Assembly: GCA_029250605.1 (NCBI GenBank)
Contig: JAQXEZ010000002.1
Coordinates: 22,775 to 86,774, forward strand
Reading direction: 5' to 3'
Length of the DNA: 64,000 nt
Source: Candidatus Thalassarchaeaceae archaeon
Lineage (GTDB): Archaea > Thermoplasmatota > Poseidoniia > Poseidoniales > Thalassarchaeaceae
Translations under genes and position numbers: made by a program
The notes under the pieces: generated by a model
The model's database searches: none
Seen by the model: the letters and a program-made list of their open reading frames with translations, nothing else
Told to the model about the DNA's origin: nothing
Shown: positions 29,887-44,500 of the stretch, piece after piece
Numbering within the stretch: the first letter of the stretch is position 1
How the letters are laid out: each line of letters opens with the position of its first letter

Positions 29887-30027
29887 ATGGATAGTGATCA
29901 TTGCAAGGATTTTCTCTGCCTATGTGGTTTCAGGGGGGATGCCATTCCAATGCGGCAGCACATGGAGTGCCCTCGTTGCTTCAGAGTGGTTGAGGCGTGT
30001 TGTGAAGGGGTTCCCGAATATTGCTAA
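29887..30027 (+). CDS. putative small Cys-rich metal-binding protein (46 aa; not in ORF track)
   Basis: Manual translation gives MDSDHCKDFLCLCGFRGDAIPMRQHMECPRCFRVVEACCEGVPEYC, with 9 Cys and 3 His. It fills the sufD to DUF2085 intergenic gap in the same orientation as both flanking genes. Confidence 0.3.
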   Translation: MDSDHCKDFLCLCGFRGDAIPMRQHMECPRCFRVVEACCEGVPEYC

Positions 30028-30069
30028 CCTTACAAACGAGTTTGGGTCGTTTTTACTAGTGGTGAATTA

Positions 30070-30861
30070 GTGAAATCTATGAAGGCGGTCTTTTCAGCAC
30101 CAATTGGGGAACAAATGCTTCTGAAAAATGGATTGCAGGACAGGGGGCACGAGGAGAGGGTCTCCAAGATTCTAGGCGGGGTCGCATTTGGATACCTTGC
30201 ATTATGCTTCATAGCTCCCTATTTTCTTCCCTCGGATTCAGTGCCAGAGCTCTCAGGAAGAGCAAATGCTATCGATTATGCATTCGAAAACAGTTGGGGA
30301 AATCATGGTCATGAAGAAGGGGGGTCGGTTGGCCATGACCAGTCGCTGCACGGTGGTAAATTTGCGTGGAGTGAGTTGAATCCAATTTGGGCACTGGCAT
30401 ATGGTTTTGGAGATTTGAATTGTCATCAAAAACATGAGAGATCGTGGGAAATAAATGGCAATCAGATGCCAGTATGTGCAAGGGACATCGGAATATTCCT
30501 AGGATTCTCCTTGGGTTGCCTTTTCTTCTTGTTGAGAGGTGTCAACAGATGGACTGTTAGGGATACGTTCCTTTCGGTTTTCCCTGACAAATGGCTATTC
30601 GAGATTTACGAGAGAGACAGGCGGATGATTGTGATGCTATTGATAATGGGCATGGGGTTGGTTCCAATGGGGATTGATGGTTCCACTCAATTGCTTCTCG
30701 ATTCATACGAGTCAAACAATTTGCTCAGGATCATCACAGGATTAGGTGCAGGATTCGTTGGTGGTTGGTGGTTTTGTTCGGCATTCTCAGCTAGACCCAA
30801 ATTCTTCAAAGAAGCTGCCAACGTCACTCTTCCCGCTGGTTCCAGACTAGTAGTAAAGTGA
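30070..30861 (+). CDS. DUF2085-family membrane protein
   Basis: Conserved CHQ...R.S......Q.PVCARD.GI core of DUF2085 (NCHQKHERSWEINGNQMPVCARDIGIF), flanked by TM helices. Confidence 0.55.
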   Translation: MKSMKAVFSAPIGEQMLLKNGLQDRGHEERVSKILGGVAFGYLALCFIAPYFLPSDSVPELSGRANAIDYAFENSWGNHGHEEGGSVGHDQSLHGGKFAWSELNPIWALAYGFGDLNCHQKHERSWEINGNQMPVCARDIGIFLGFSLGCLFFLLRGVNRWTVRDTFLSVFPDKWLFEIYERDRRMIVMLLIMGMGLVPMGIDGSTQLLLDSYESNNLLRIITGLGAGFVGGWWFCSAFSARPKFFKEAANVTLPAGSRLVVK

Positions 30862-30863
30862 TT

Positions 30864-32198
30864 TCACTTCCCTAACCACCAATCGACCAATGATTCGATA
30901 TTCTCGGGGGATTGCCTCCCCTCAATCCCGCTACCTAATATCGACAATCGACTGATTGTTTCCATCAATGCACGTTCATGCCTTCCCGATTTGGCCATCT
31001 GCCCCAAGGAGAAGCGGATGTGCGTACCCGGATTGAGAGACTGCCATTTACTGATTTCCTTACGAAGGGGCCAAATTGCGAGAACAAGACGTCCAAATGG
31101 GAAGATCTCCTCTCTTAACTGCGATTTTGGTGCCTCTCGCCCGACTAGATTCTTCCTCCGGTAGACCCAACCCAATTCTTTGAGGAACCTGATTATCCTC
31201 TGCGTGTGCCTCTTAGAAACACATCGAACCGGTCCCATGGAAGATCTGAGTTCGGAAATCTCAGCCGAATTGATGAGTGAAAGGGTACCACATATAGAGG
31301 ACATTGAGTGATTTAGGATGTTTTTTGGATAATTATGGTGTTCTTTTTCCATTGAGGAAAGGGATTTTTTATGACTCTCCTGGGCTGATTTGAGAACTTT
31401 CCATGGTGCGTCTCCGTCCAACCATCCCAACTTTGTCTTCGGTGGTGTAATGCCAATATCTGGAAGTGTGCTTTGGTTTTGTGATTCCCTTACAATAGCC
31501 CTAATCTGTAATTGGTCAACTTGTTCCATTTCGACATTGATTGGAGTTGGTCTGCTGTTCATGAATGAGCGAATTGCCTCCCTCAGGGAGTTATGAAGTT
31601 GATTCTGAGTCCCTTCGTTTGAAATCGGGCCCAGTATTGCGCCCATGTCGAATGGAGTTGGCATTTCCATTTCTCCCGAGAGTAGTTGCCTGTATCCATC
31701 TCTGATCCGAATCTGCAATTCTGATGTCTCAAAGTACTCTTCCTTGCTGGAGAGGTCGCGGAGAGTTCCCTTTGAGATTCTCTCCAAGGCGATTTCTGGA
31801 TCGCAATCTACCCAGATACAAAGATCCGGTATTAATGCGGCCGAATTAATCTGAGCGGTCCTCTCTAGTCCGATTCCGCCAACAATTCCCTGATACACAA
31901 GAGAAGAGTGGACATTTCTGCCACTTACTACTGCCCTGCCTTCTTGAAGTCGTGGTAGAATCCACCCATGGGAGTGATCTAACCTATCTGCCGCGAAAAG
32001 TCCTGCCTCCTGCTCAGGAGATAGTGTCTGTCTCCTAACGGAATCTATTGCCAGCCTCCCTAATGCATGATCCCTCCTAGGTTCAGCTGTTACCTCAACA
32101 GATCTGAAGCAGAACTCGGATTGTAGAACCTCGTGCACAATCTGTGTGGCTAGGCCCTTACCACTGCCATCCCCGCCTTCAATTGAGAACAGATACAT
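30864..32198 (-). CDS. tmk: thymidylate kinase with about 230-aa C-terminal extension of unknown function
   Basis: N-terminal P-loop IEGGDGSGKG, DR(Y/L)-like motif AADRLDHS and a lid region make up about 210 aa of Tmk. The remaining ~230 aa match no motif. Confidence 0.7.
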   Translation of the reverse strand: MYLFSIEGGDGSGKGLATQIVHEVLQSEFCFRSVEVTAEPRRDHALGRLAIDSVRRQTLSPEQEAGLFAADRLDHSHGWILPRLQEGRAVVSGRNVHSSLVYQGIVGGIGLERTAQINSAALIPDLCIWVDCDPEIALERISKGTLRDLSSKEEYFETSELQIRIRDGYRQLLSGEMEMPTPFDMGAILGPISNEGTQNQLHNSLREAIRSFMNSRPTPINVEMEQVDQLQIRAIVRESQNQSTLPDIGITPPKTKLGWLDGDAPWKVLKSAQESHKKSLSSMEKEHHNYPKNILNHSMSSICGTLSLINSAEISELRSSMGPVRCVSKRHTQRIIRFLKELGWVYRRKNLVGREAPKSQLREEIFPFGRLVLAIWPLRKEISKWQSLNPGTHIRFSLGQMAKSGRHERALMETISRLSILGSGIEGRQSPENIESLVDWWLGK

Positions 32199-32214
32199 GA
32201 GACTCTCCTGATGC

Positions 32215-32955
32215 CTAATGGCGGCTACCAGAAAACTGTTCCTTAGACAATGTCACCAGCCCCATGCCAATCAAAATTAGTAAAGGGCCGATGAAAATCA
32301 TCCCCCTGCTCCAGAGACCTAAGAAGGAAAGCCACCACGATCTTCTGTAGCTATTGCCACGATAAGCCTCGACGCCACCGTAGACCCCCATTAGTCCTAG
32401 AAGGACGGTCATCAAGGCAATAGCAGTGGCAATGGAAACCGAATTGGACTGGTAACTCTCGCCGCGTCGGTCAATAACGTTCTCGCCATTTCCCTCAGAC
32501 ATGGTGATGACTATCTGGGCTTCGTCGCCAGGGACGAAAAACAACTTAGTCGTATTATTACCGCTATGCGTAAACGATAGTAGAGCAGGATCTCTACGGA
32601 TTTCAGGCATAGTGAATCTACCGTCTGAATCTGTAAATGTCTCCTTTCCGGTAGTTGCACCCTCTACAGAGAGAAGTCGTACCCTCACCCCTTCAACGGG
32701 TTCTCCGCCTGATGAATTCCCTGTCCTTTCAGAGATTACGATGCCGGATACGTCAGAATATTCCTCAGATGAGTCTAGAGTGGCCGAGAGAATCTCATCC
32801 GGATTTCCTGAGACGAGTAGAATCCCCAACTGCACACCGAGAAGGCTACCGATGATGATTAAAATCGCCCCTGCAACCCTCGTTGATGGCTCTTCGGAAA
32901 TGTCTTCCATGAAATACTCAAGATCGATGCCTCCCACGACATCTTCGTCGGCCAT
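32215..32955 (-). CDS. membrane protein with carboxypeptidase-regulatory-like (transthyretin-like) beta domain
   Basis: N-terminal TM, GVRVRLLSVEGATTGKETFTDSDGRFTMPEI (CarboxypepD_reg-like motif), and C-terminal TM helices. Confidence 0.4.
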   Translation of the reverse strand: MADEDVVGGIDLEYFMEDISEEPSTRVAGAILIIIGSLLGVQLGILLVSGNPDEILSATLDSSEEYSDVSGIVISERTGNSSGGEPVEGVRVRLLSVEGATTGKETFTDSDGRFTMPEIRRDPALLSFTHSGNNTTKLFFVPGDEAQIVITMSEGNGENVIDRRGESYQSNSVSIATAIALMTVLLGLMGVYGGVEAYRGNSYRRSWWLSFLGLWSRGMIFIGPLLILIGMGLVTLSKEQFSGSRH

Positions 32956-32963
32956 GACATGCC

Positions 32964-33914
32964 CTAACGATGGGAGTCCTTGAAGTTGGGCGTTTCCAGA
33001 TCTTTCTCCTTGGGGGTTATTCGGAATAAGAAAAATGCCGAAGCAATAGTTACTACAGATATCGCCATCAATGTGAACAAATGTGAGCTCCCATCAGCAC
33101 CCAATTTCTCTTCTGGGACTGTGAAATTGACCAAGTACATCTGCGTCCAGTTCTTCCCAGTAATCCAGAAACTACCAGAATTCCGATCAAATGCTATGCC
33201 GTTCAATACCTCTTCATTGCTATTTCCCTGAATGGAAGTGACGGCCAATGGGGATGAGAAAAAGTCCACCTTACCCGAAGCAGACGAGATTCTAAGGATT
33301 GTCTCCTCCATCCAAATGTTTGCATATATTTTGTCATCTACACATTCCAATTCATTTAGGTTTGAAACAGGAACGCCATCCCAAGTTACCTGTGTGGTGA
33401 AATCTATTTCAAAGCTATCTGGATCCCTGAATGAAAGCTCAGATGTCCCATTGGATGTAACAATGTGCTCCCCATTGTAGCATATCCCCCAACCCTCGCC
33501 TTCGAAACTGAAGTTTCCAATTATACTAAAATTTGAGATGTGAAATTCCAATGCCACTCCTGCCCTCCAAGTCAGCATAATGATTGACTGGCCCTTTACG
33601 GTAATCCCTTCTCCGAAGTAAGAGTCGTCAATCTTAGTCTGTCTGATAATCTCCCCATTTTGTGAGTCAATCTCGCTAATTCTCGAATGGCCATAAAGGC
33701 CCGAACTCTCGAAAATTGAGTTTTCCAGTACTTCCAGCCCTTGTGTGAACGAAGATGAGTCGTGAGGCAGTGTTCGCAATATCTCAACATCCCTCTCTTC
33801 GGCCGTATGATTGCCCTCCTCGGCCATTGACATCTGTGAAAGGAGTATGAGGAGCATTGCGATGGGAACGATTGATGGCCCCGTCCCCCTGCCCATGTAC
33901 GAACGATGCTCCAT
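32964..33914 (-). CDS. glutaminyl-peptide cyclotransferase (plant/bacterial beta-propeller type), extracytoplasmic, membrane anchored
   Basis: Signal peptide; QC family motifs HDSSSFTQGL, ESSGLYGHS, FGEGIT, LTW; C-terminal TM helix. Confidence 0.6.
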   Translation of the reverse strand: MEHRSYMGRGTGPSIVPIAMLLILLSQMSMAEEGNHTAEERDVEILRTLPHDSSSFTQGLEVLENSIFESSGLYGHSRISEIDSQNGEIIRQTKIDDSYFGEGITVKGQSIIMLTWRAGVALEFHISNFSIIGNFSFEGEGWGICYNGEHIVTSNGTSELSFRDPDSFEIDFTTQVTWDGVPVSNLNELECVDDKIYANIWMEETILRISSASGKVDFFSSPLAVTSIQGNSNEEVLNGIAFDRNSGSFWITGKNWTQMYLVNFTVPEEKLGADGSSHLFTLMAISVVTIASAFFLFRITPKEKDLETPNFKDSHR

Positions 33915-33969
33915 CGATGTTAAAATACGTCCTCGAGCAGTTTGGAGCAGATTGGTAAACGAGGTGCTA

Positions 33970-36900
33970 ATGATGGGTGGTGGTTCGGAAATCTACTCTA
34001 CTAGGAAAGCTGTGCTGACAGTAGTTTCGATACTAGTTGTTTTCATTGCTCCTATTTTTTCCTCTGAAGGGCTAGCAAGCACTGGAGGGCAGCCAAGAAA
34101 CTGCCTGAATACGTGGTCGGTGGACGATACGGACAACATGACGACCAATGACGGGACCTTTGCAGTAACTGTGGAGAAAATCTCCACCAACGCAGCGATT
34201 TTCGTTGAAGACGGTCAAATCGTTTCATCTACTGTTCTGAATGACATTGTGTCAAACTGGGAATCCATAATTTTCCCTTCCACTACCAACTACTTCGGGA
34301 CCCCTCCGGATATTGATGACAATTGTCAGATAGAAATTGCCATTCTGTCAATAGATGGGCCTGGTGGGGAAGAGGGTTATTTTGAATCTGGAGTTTCATC
34401 GTTGCGAGAGGCATTATTCCTAGATATCGATGATCTGTCAGAAAGAAATCGGGTGATGGCGCACGAGTTTGGGCAATTGATTCATCACGAGAATGACCCT
34501 TTCGAATATTTCTGGATTGATGAGGGCGCAGCGGGGCTTTCTGAGTTTATTAGCTACGGAGAGTCAGTGAATCTAGAAGAGGGGGCAAACTCATGGACGC
34601 TGAACTCGAGTACAAGTTTGAGATGGTGGGACGGAAGAAATTCTGATATCGGTTCAAGTTTCTTATTCTTGGCATATTTGGCAGACAAATTAGGCGGGCC
34701 TGCTGCCATCAGAGAGTTGGTGTCTAATCCTTCCCTAGGTGGGAATGGGGTTGAGAGCCTATCCAGGAACCCTGGTCCGGGATCGACTCCAATAGGGACT
34801 TCAATGAGTGAGATCTTTGCAAACTTCAGCGCAGCAGTTACTCTGGATAGCGCGCAGGGTGCGTTTGGTTTCTCCGACCTTGACTTAGTCGATGATTGCT
34901 CAAACGGTGGCTTCTGCAAGGGATCCATCAGTGCAGAGAACGATCAGTGGTCAGAGGCGTGGCAATCGTCAGGACACTCAGTGGAGGGATGGGGGCTCAA
35001 ATCATTCAGATTCACACAAGGTGATGGTTACCCCTTGAGCATCATGGTTCAACCGGACAGATTCGGTTTCGAAGGAGTCGTTCTTTCGAAAGAGGAGGCT
35101 TCTGGGACTTGGACTATGGACAAACTGAGGATTGATTCGAGCGACGGCAGGGGAACGGGACTAGTTCACGGATTTGGAAATACCACCTCCGAGGTTCTAC
35201 TCCTAGTCTGGTACAACTCCCTTGTTGATGACTGTGATTTCGACTTTGCAAATTGTGGCGTACTTTCTGGAGGAAATTACCCCGTCGGGTCATTTACCGT
35301 AAGTGCCAGTCAGGTCACGAGCCCTGCTGAGGTGTCGATAGGGTCGATAGAAGGTTTTGATCGAGACGGGGACTTCCTCGATGATAGCGTGGAAATTGGC
35401 ATCAGCGTCAGTTCTAGTGCATTTTCAGAGTCTCTGTCTGTAGAATTCTCGGCCTTCACCAATAATTCACTACATGATTCTGCGGATTTCATGGTCTCAG
35501 TAGGAAACTCTGAACCGGAAATGATCTCAGTTTGGTTTACCCCCCCATTTACCAGTGATTGGACTTTTACAACTAAGGTCAGAGACATTACTGGGGAACT
35601 GCAGGACATAGCTCAGTCACTCCCTCAGCAGATTTTCAACATGAAACCAGTTGGGTCGGGGGCAATCTCATCAAATGAAACGCAGACATGGACTCAGACG
35701 TACATCTTTGGGGGCGGTTACGACTCTTGGGGATTCGGGTTCCAAAACGGTTCTTTCGGGCACAATGAAACTCCGCAATCGTACATCTGGGATCTGGGTG
35801 ATGGGAATTCTTCGAGTTTGAAGAATCCTGTTCATTCGTTCACGAAGGAAGGGGCATACGTGATCACTCTCCTAGTCAGGGATCATGGGGGTTTCTTTTC
35901 TGAAACAATTTCATGGGAAATCTCGGTAAATGATACCTCTGAGCCGATTCCTGAGATTTCTGTAGATGGTTTGGCTATCCAAGAGGAGTTGACGGTTCAG
36001 ACGAATCAGAGAATACAATTTTCGGCCTTCGGGACGTCTGACAATGTTCCCGTGGACAAATTATTTTTCTCATGGAACTGGGGTGATGGATCTGGTGACT
36101 CTGGTACAGGAATCTTCGAAATTGGCCATTCGTGGACAGATGGCAGTAGCAATGGCACCGTATACTCATTGGAGTTGTTAGTCAGTGATGGTCACCAATC
36201 TGCACAGAAGTCCATTCTAGTCACGGTTCTAAACCGGGCGCCTTACCAGATTTTCTCGGAGGATCTGGAGGGTTTTGCGGTTACTCCACTGGAGATGCCG
36301 GATGTTTTCGAGGACGAAGATGGGATAATTGTCGAATTCAGATGGACTTTCGAAGGAGGCGTCAACTTAGGGGGGGTGGGTGTCTCACTTGCATCTGATT
36401 TCACCGAAACAAATTCATTCGAAGCTAATCCTATCGTCAGTTGGAAGGAACCAGGGGTGAAAAACGTAACACTAGAGGTGGCTGATGATGATGGAAATAC
36501 CTCCATCACTTACTTGGAAGTAGAAATCCTGAATCAACGACCAGTTGCACTTTTCGAGCGCCCTTCTGACGGAGAAATCGGTGATGCTTACATTTTCAGT
36601 AGCTCATCATTCGACCCTGACGGGGATTCGTCTGCATTATCCCACTACTGGAATTTCTCAGACCGGGACTCACCCATTGAGAATACCACTTCCGTGAGTA
36701 GGACTTTTTCAAACCCGGGACTTCACAGTGTTTCACTAGTAGTCGTCGACGAGAGAGGCTTAGAGTCTGCTCCGAAGACTTTCCTACTGTATATCGGAAA
36801 CCCATTACCTGTCCCAATAATGTCATTCATCTGCCCTAGTGATGAAGATGGATTATTGTTTGAACTTCCTGATGATGTGGAAGAGGGGGTTACTTGGAAG

Positions 36901-37923
36901 GTTCCAAGGACAGCGGAAGGAGGGGCCTTTGTTGCCCCTGGGAATCTCATCAGATTCGATGGCAGCGAGAGTTTCGACGCTGACCCGGAATTCGAAGGAA
37001 TGACATCCACGGACGCCAACAGCCCGGATTGGAATGGGATTGTGGATTGGATATGGGACTTCGGAGACGCTAGTCCCCCTTCCTCAGGACCTCAAGTTTG
37101 GCATAGCTATGAGAGATCGGGGGAATATACAGTCAGACTTACTGTAGTTGACGGTTTTGGAGGCGGGGACTCCAACACCACAGAGATGAAAGTGATAGTC
37201 TCTTCAGCCCCTCGAATCGAGACTTCAAAACCCATCAGCACCGAGTACGTTGTCGTTGGAGAATTGGTCAATCTGTCCGGGGACGCCTCCGACTCCGACT
37301 TGGAGGCTGGAATAATTGCATGGATGGACAATGATGCGTTTTTTGATAGCGATGGTGATGGCGACCCTAGCAACGATAGAGACCTGAATCTCTCTGAGAC
37401 TCTAGAGTTTGACTGGGACATCAATGTATTTGTGGATGAAGACTGCATGACTCTATCGGGGTGTGATGGCGATTCGAGGAACGACTGGATAATACCAAAT
37501 CAAACCTGGGCCATTCCCGGTGAAGTACGAATTTCAATGATGGTCTGCGATGGCTTGAGTGTCTGTGAATCTAAAGACTTCGTGATTACAGTGCTCTCCG
37601 TCCAGGATACTGCACCGCCGAAGACTCTGTCCGACTTGACCATGGAAGATCTTGTTCCAGGTAGAGAAAGCGCAGGCTTACTTGCTCTTGTTGCACTAGT
37701 TGCAGTACTAGGATGGATGGTACTCAGAGAAAGGGATGATGATGAGATGGATGCCTTGGACAATGTCAAGAAATACGATGTCGATGAGGTCGAGGCGGAA
37801 GGAGGCCTACCTGGGATGGATCAACACAGTCCCCCTCCACAACCAAAATACCTTACTGCCGACGAGCGCACCAACAAAGAGTCAGGGTACGTGCGACCGA
37901 TTAGAACGAGGCGAAAGAAGTGA
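33970..37923 (+). CDS. giant secreted surface protein with multiple PKD-like Ig domains and C-terminal TM anchor
   Basis: Signal peptide after Met at 33970. At least four PKD-type repeats (WDLGDGNSS...HSFTKEGAYVITLLVRDHGG; WNWGDGSGDSG; WDFGDASPPS...HSYERSGEYTVRLTVVDGFGG). C-terminal TM (LLALVALVAVLGWMVL) and a charged tail. Confidence 0.7.
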   Translation: MMGGGSEIYSTRKAVLTVVSILVVFIAPIFSSEGLASTGGQPRNCLNTWSVDDTDNMTTNDGTFAVTVEKISTNAAIFVEDGQIVSSTVLNDIVSNWESIIFPSTTNYFGTPPDIDDNCQIEIAILSIDGPGGEEGYFESGVSSLREALFLDIDDLSERNRVMAHEFGQLIHHENDPFEYFWIDEGAAGLSEFISYGESVNLEEGANSWTLNSSTSLRWWDGRNSDIGSSFLFLAYLADKLGGPAAIRELVSNPSLGGNGVESLSRNPGPGSTPIGTSMSEIFANFSAAVTLDSAQGAFGFSDLDLVDDCSNGGFCKGSISAENDQWSEAWQSSGHSVEGWGLKSFRFTQGDGYPLSIMVQPDRFGFEGVVLSKEEASGTWTMDKLRIDSSDGRGTGLVHGFGNTTSEVLLLVWYNSLVDDCDFDFANCGVLSGGNYPVGSFTVSASQVTSPAEVSIGSIEGFDRDGDFLDDSVEIGISVSSSAFSESLSVEFSAFTNNSLHDSADFMVSVGNSEPEMISVWFTPPFTSDWTFTTKVRDITGELQDIAQSLPQQIFNMKPVGSGAISSNETQTWTQTYIFGGGYDSWGFGFQNGSFGHNETPQSYIWDLGDGNSSSLKNPVHSFTKEGAYVITLLVRDHGGFFSETISWEISVNDTSEPIPEISVDGLAIQEELTVQTNQRIQFSAFGTSDNVPVDKLFFSWNWGDGSGDSGTGIFEIGHSWTDGSSNGTVYSLELLVSDGHQSAQKSILVTVLNRAPYQIFSEDLEGFAVTPLEMPDVFEDEDGIIVEFRWTFEGGVNLGGVGVSLASDFTETNSFEANPIVSWKEPGVKNVTLEVADDDGNTSITYLEVEILNQRPVALFERPSDGEIGDAYIFSSSSFDPDGDSSALSHYWNFSDRDSPIENTTSVSRTFSNPGLHSVSLVVVDERGLESAPKTFLLYIGNPLPVPIMSFICPSDEDGLLFELPDDVEEGVTWKVPRTAEGGAFVAPGNLIRFDGSESFDADPEFEGMTSTDANSPDWNGIVDWIWDFGDASPPSSGPQVWHSYERSGEYTVRLTVVDGFGGGDSNTTEMKVIVSSAPRIETSKPISTEYVVVGELVNLSGDASDSDLEAGIIAWMDNDAFFDSDGDGDPSNDRDLNLSETLEFDWDINVFVDEDCMTLSGCDGDSRNDWIIPNQTWAIPGEVRISMMVCDGLSVCESKDFVITVLSVQDTAPPKTLSDLTMEDLVPGRESAGLLALVALVAVLGWMVLRERDDDEMDALDNVKKYDVDEVEAEGGLPGMDQHSPPPQPKYLTADERTNKESGYVRPIRTRRKK

Positions 37924-38813
37924 AGATGAAAACGGCCGGGGGTTTTGGCATAAATCTCCTATTGGCGGGAATTTTCTGCTCAATTATTCTGATTCCTCCA
38001 GTCGCCAGTTCCCAATCAGTGGCCTGCGATGTTGCCCCTAGTAGTGATTGGAATACGACAGAAGATCCCCGAGAATACCTATCGGTCGGGGTTCCGGGAT
38101 CAATCGAAGCATTTGGTTTTGGCGGGGACTCTGATTTGAAACCCCTAGACAAAGACGTCAGTACCGAATGGTCTGATGGTGCATGGGACAATTTTCCAGG
38201 AATACACGTTGAGAATGAGTCTGCAACGACTATCTCACTAGTACTGGAACCGGGCTATAGATATACATTCTGTATCGACTTCAGCGCCAAGGGGGATGTC
38301 TATCTCCTGACTGGTTCGAACCTGGATATGTACACAGTAGACTTCTACTGCGACGAAGAAGGTTGGGATTTGATTTGTGATACGGAAAGCCTAAATTCCG
38401 TTCCGGTTGAGTACAGAGACCTGTTTACATGGGTGCCATTCAGGGATGCTCATGCTTACGAATCGGTTTCCTATCAGGAGTTCTCAGTAGCAATAGACTC
38501 TTCTGGATCTGCTTGGTCTTTTGCTGGTTTTGGAGGCTCTGAAGGGCAAGTTCTGCACTTGGTCCTGGATGGGTGGGACAATAGCCGAGAGGGAGATCAT
38601 CCGGCTTCTGGAAATATGAGCGTGGAGGTTCTAATCGATGTAGAAGAGAGGTTCACGCTTCCGAAGACCGCAGCATACTTCCTAATCGGTGCACTTCCGC
38701 TATCGTGCATAATAATCCCACTAATTATCCACTGGAAATATCACTCATCTGCATTGGGGGCGAGAGATGAGGAAGAGTTGGTAGAGGTCCCCCTCCTGAG
38801 GGACGGTGCCTAG
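37920..38813 (+). CDS. secreted, C-terminally anchored hypothetical protein
   Basis: Signal peptide (LLLAGIFCSIILIPPVASSQS), a beta-rich acidic ectodomain, and a C-terminal TM helix. Confidence 0.4.
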   Translation: MKMKTAGGFGINLLLAGIFCSIILIPPVASSQSVACDVAPSSDWNTTEDPREYLSVGVPGSIEAFGFGGDSDLKPLDKDVSTEWSDGAWDNFPGIHVENESATTISLVLEPGYRYTFCIDFSAKGDVYLLTGSNLDMYTVDFYCDEEGWDLICDTESLNSVPVEYRDLFTWVPFRDAHAYESVSYQEFSVAIDSSGSAWSFAGFGGSEGQVLHLVLDGWDNSREGDHPASGNMSVEVLIDVEERFTLPKTAAYFLIGALPLSCIIIPLIIHWKYHSSALGARDEEELVEVPLLRDGA

Positions 38814-39667
38814 GAGTACTCCAACACTTCCCATGCAATTCTCAGGTCCGAGGCGTTGATCTTCCCTTGCTGAGCCAAATGCCAACCGGACTCAGTAGTT
38901 GCAAAGACTAGTGCCTGATCCAGTGCCGGCGCGTGTATTCTTGACCAATCGCCACCCGGACCTAGTCCCATCAGTGAGTAGTTCGCCCCGGAAGACTTCA
39001 GTTGCAAAGCTGACTCAAAAATCCGCAGTGCATCTCTTCGATCCTTAGTGTAAAAACAAGCCTTTACCAAATCTCCCATCTCCTGGGCATCCATAACATC
39101 CTGAGTGATCTCGGAAGCTGAAGGGGTCTTCTCCAATGAATGTAGGGATGCGATTATACTGGTTCCATTTCCTGCTAATTTTACCAGTTCTTCCCTCTTA
39201 GTAGGGTCGATGTCAACTTCAAGGTCGATCCAATTCGGCTTACTCGCTATTGCTGCTTTGAGGACTGAAATCCTATCATCCTCACTTCCGGGATAGTGTC
39301 CCCCTTGCCTCTCTGGCCTGCAAGTAATCAACAGTGGAGTTTCTATTGTGGAAGAAATGGTCTTGATTGAATCCTCCACATCAATAGCATCCAATTCTAG
39401 TTGGTTTACAATAATCTCGATGCTCTCTTTTTCACCCTCTTCGGATTTCTTGGCAGAGGTTATCTTTTCTTCAGTGGTCCACAGAAGATCTAGCCGAGCT
39501 TCCACCAAATCTGCTCCCAATTTCACTGCCTTTGGGACATCGTTGCACATTTCTTCGACGGTCCTCCCCCTCAGTGTGACGCATACCAAGGGCTTTTGCA
39601 TGTGAAAGGCCGAATTAAGTGGCCTGTTTAATCGTGTCGAGAGAGTGTGGACAATAATCGGCCCCAA
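38810..39667 (-). CDS. aroD: 3-dehydroquinate dehydratase type I
   Basis: N-terminal PLVCVTLRGRTVEE and TIM-barrel length and layout typical of AroD. Confidence 0.65.
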   Translation of the reverse strand: MGPIIVHTLSTRLNRPLNSAFHMQKPLVCVTLRGRTVEEMCNDVPKAVKLGADLVEARLDLLWTTEEKITSAKKSEEGEKESIEIIVNQLELDAIDVEDSIKTISSTIETPLLITCRPERQGGHYPGSEDDRISVLKAAIASKPNWIDLEVDIDPTKREELVKLAGNGTSIIASLHSLEKTPSASEITQDVMDAQEMGDLVKACFYTKDRRDALRIFESALQLKSSGANYSLMGLGPGGDWSRIHAPALDQALVFATTESGWHLAQQGKINASDLRIAWEVLEYS

Positions 39668-39747
39668 TTCAGCGTTTTTATCTCAAAATTAATAGTTATT
39701 GGACCTACAATAGGAGAGGGTTATAGGCCTCGTCTTCCTAAGATTAA

Positions 39748-44455
<4,708 letters not shown>

Positions 44456-44500
44456 TCGGACCGTTCTGCTTAAGCACGAATCTCTGGTCGTGTAATTACT

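Noticed and set aside
33811-33969. N-terminal 53-codon extension of the PKD-protein ORF that overlaps the glutaminyl cyclase gene on the opposite strand
   Set aside because: The signal peptide starts right after the Met at 33970. The extension has no hydrophobic leader and overlaps a well-supported gene, so it is probably an ORF-caller artefact.
34440-34520. Possible zinc-metalloprotease HExxH motif in the N-terminal domain of the PKD protein (AHEFGQLIHH)
   Set aside because: The spacing is H-E-F-G-Q, not HExxH, and no downstream third ligand pattern is evident. There is not enough to call a peptidase domain.
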